A model generated the notes under the pieces. The model ran no database searches and had not been told where the DNA came from. It saw only the letters and a program-made list of their open reading frames with translations. A program made the translations under genes and the position numbers. From assembly GCF_000284115.1 (NCBI RefSeq), contig NC_017080.1:3450001-3482000 (forward strand): a stretch of 32,000 nucleotides of DNA. The letters run 5' to 3'. Shown here piece after piece: positions 31,127 to 32,000 of this stretch; the first letter of the stretch is position 1; each line of letters begins with the position of its first letter. The DNA is from Phycisphaera mikurensis NBRC 102666. Lineage in GTDB: Bacteria > Planctomycetota > Phycisphaerae > Phycisphaerales > Phycisphaeraceae.

Positions 31127-31951
31127 ATGATTGCCCCGCACCGCCACCGATCCATCCTCGTCCGCATCCAAGCCGGCGGCGTCGCCCGCGTGAGCGAACT
31201 CGCGCGGGAACTCGACGTCACCGAGGAGACGATCCGCCGGGACCTCAAAGCGCTCGCCGACCGCGGCGAGGTCGAGCGGGTGCACGGCGGCGCGGTCGCT
31301 CCGCCGGCCGAGCCCGAGCGGGAGCTGCCCTTCGCGCAGCGTCACGCCGCCCACGCCGCGGCCAAGCGGGCGATCGCCGCGGCGGCGGCGAGCGCCGTGG
31401 AGCCCGGCCAGGCGATCGCGCTGGATCCCTCGACCACCGCCTGTCAGCTCGCGCTGCTGCTCCCCGACGCGCCGCTGACGGTCGTCACCAACTCCCTGGT
31501 CGTCTGCTCGCTGCTCGCCGAGAAGCCAGCCATCGAGGTGATCTGCACCGGCGGCACGCTCGATCCCGAGGCGATGGCCTTCTTCGGCCTCGCCACAGCC
31601 GAGGCGCTGGAGAAGCTCCGCGTGGACCGGCTGTTCTTCTCCTGCCGTGGGGTCGATCTGGGTTTCGGCGACGGGGCGGGGCGCGGCCTCTCCGAGACCA
31701 ACGACCGTCACGCCGCCCTGAAGCTCGCGATGCTCCGGTCGGCCCAAGCCGCGACGCTGCTGGTCGACACGAGCAAGCTTGGCCACGCCTCCACCGTCCT
31801 CTACGCGCCCGTCGACGCCGCCGACCGCGTGATCGTCGAACGCTCCGCCGATCCCGAGCGTGCTGCCGCGGTCGCGCGCTTGCGCTCCTCCGGCGTGGAG
31901 GTGGAGGAAGCCCAAGCCTCCGCACCGCCCCGCGGCGTCGCCGCCGCCTGA
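31127..31951 (+). CDS. DeoR/GlpR-family transcriptional regulator
   Basis: MIAPHRHRSILVRIQAGGVARVSELARELDVTEETIRRDLKALADRGEVERVHGGAV...; ATG at 31127 preferred over the track start at 30968. Confidence 0.9.
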   Translation: MIAPHRHRSILVRIQAGGVARVSELARELDVTEETIRRDLKALADRGEVERVHGGAVAPPAEPERELPFAQRHAAHAAAKRAIAAAAASAVEPGQAIALDPSTTACQLALLLPDAPLTVVTNSLVVCSLLAEKPAIEVICTGGTLDPEAMAFFGLATAEALEKLRVDRLFFSCRGVDLGFGDGAGRGLSETNDRHAALKLAMLRSAQAATLLVDTSKLGHASTVLYAPVDAADRVIVERSADPERAAAVARLRSSGVEVEEAQASAPPRGVAAA

Positions 31952-31970
31952 ACCCCCTTCCTCAACGCAC

Positions 31971-32000
31971 ATGCCCTCCACCCCCGCCCACGACCGCGCC
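31971..32000 (+). CDS. Possible start of a further gene, cut by the window end
   Basis: ATGCCCTCCACCCCCGCCCACGACCGCGCC open in frame; only 10 codons are visible. Confidence 0.25.
   Translation, partial: MPSTPAHDRA

Overview
High-GC window, probably from a Planctomycetota/Phycisphaerae-like genome (an inference from gene style, not proven). The left half is a minus-strand S10-spc ribosomal protein cluster: rpsJ, rplC, rplD, rplW, rplB, rpsS, rplV, rpsC, rplP, rpmC, rpsQ, rplN, rplX, rplE, rpsN, rpsH, rplF, rplR, rpsE, rplO, secY, map. No rpmD (L30) or adk is seen at its usual position. Upstream of it lie uvrA, a small membrane protein gene, fmt and a TPR protein gene, all on the minus strand. 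The plus strand then carries a two-domain PTPS-like protein, a small membrane protein, leuB, a TlpA-like thioredoxin protein and a GH50-like glycoside hydrolase. The right end has a bifunctional rhamnulose-1-phosphate aldolase/short-chain dehydrogenase gene (minus) divergent from a DeoR-family regulator (plus). The most unusual feature is a non-coding tandem array at about 27494-28667, between two convergent genes. It has eight complete units and a degenerate ninth, at an exact 139-bp period. Each complete unit carries a highly conserved 54-nt core that folds as three directly abutting 7-bp hairpins, or alternatively as one 25-bp stem with exactly two mismatches. Those two mismatches are the positions that keep the local hairpins perfect. 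I found no Cas, RAYT, transposase or reverse transcriptase gene in the window. Other leads are a terminator-like hairpin plus T6 inside the spc operon, a ~140-aa low-complexity extension on ribosomal protein S5, recurrent CCGCGGACCG stem-loops, repeated GCGAAGC mini-hairpins before ribosomal start codons, and several promoter or operator candidates.
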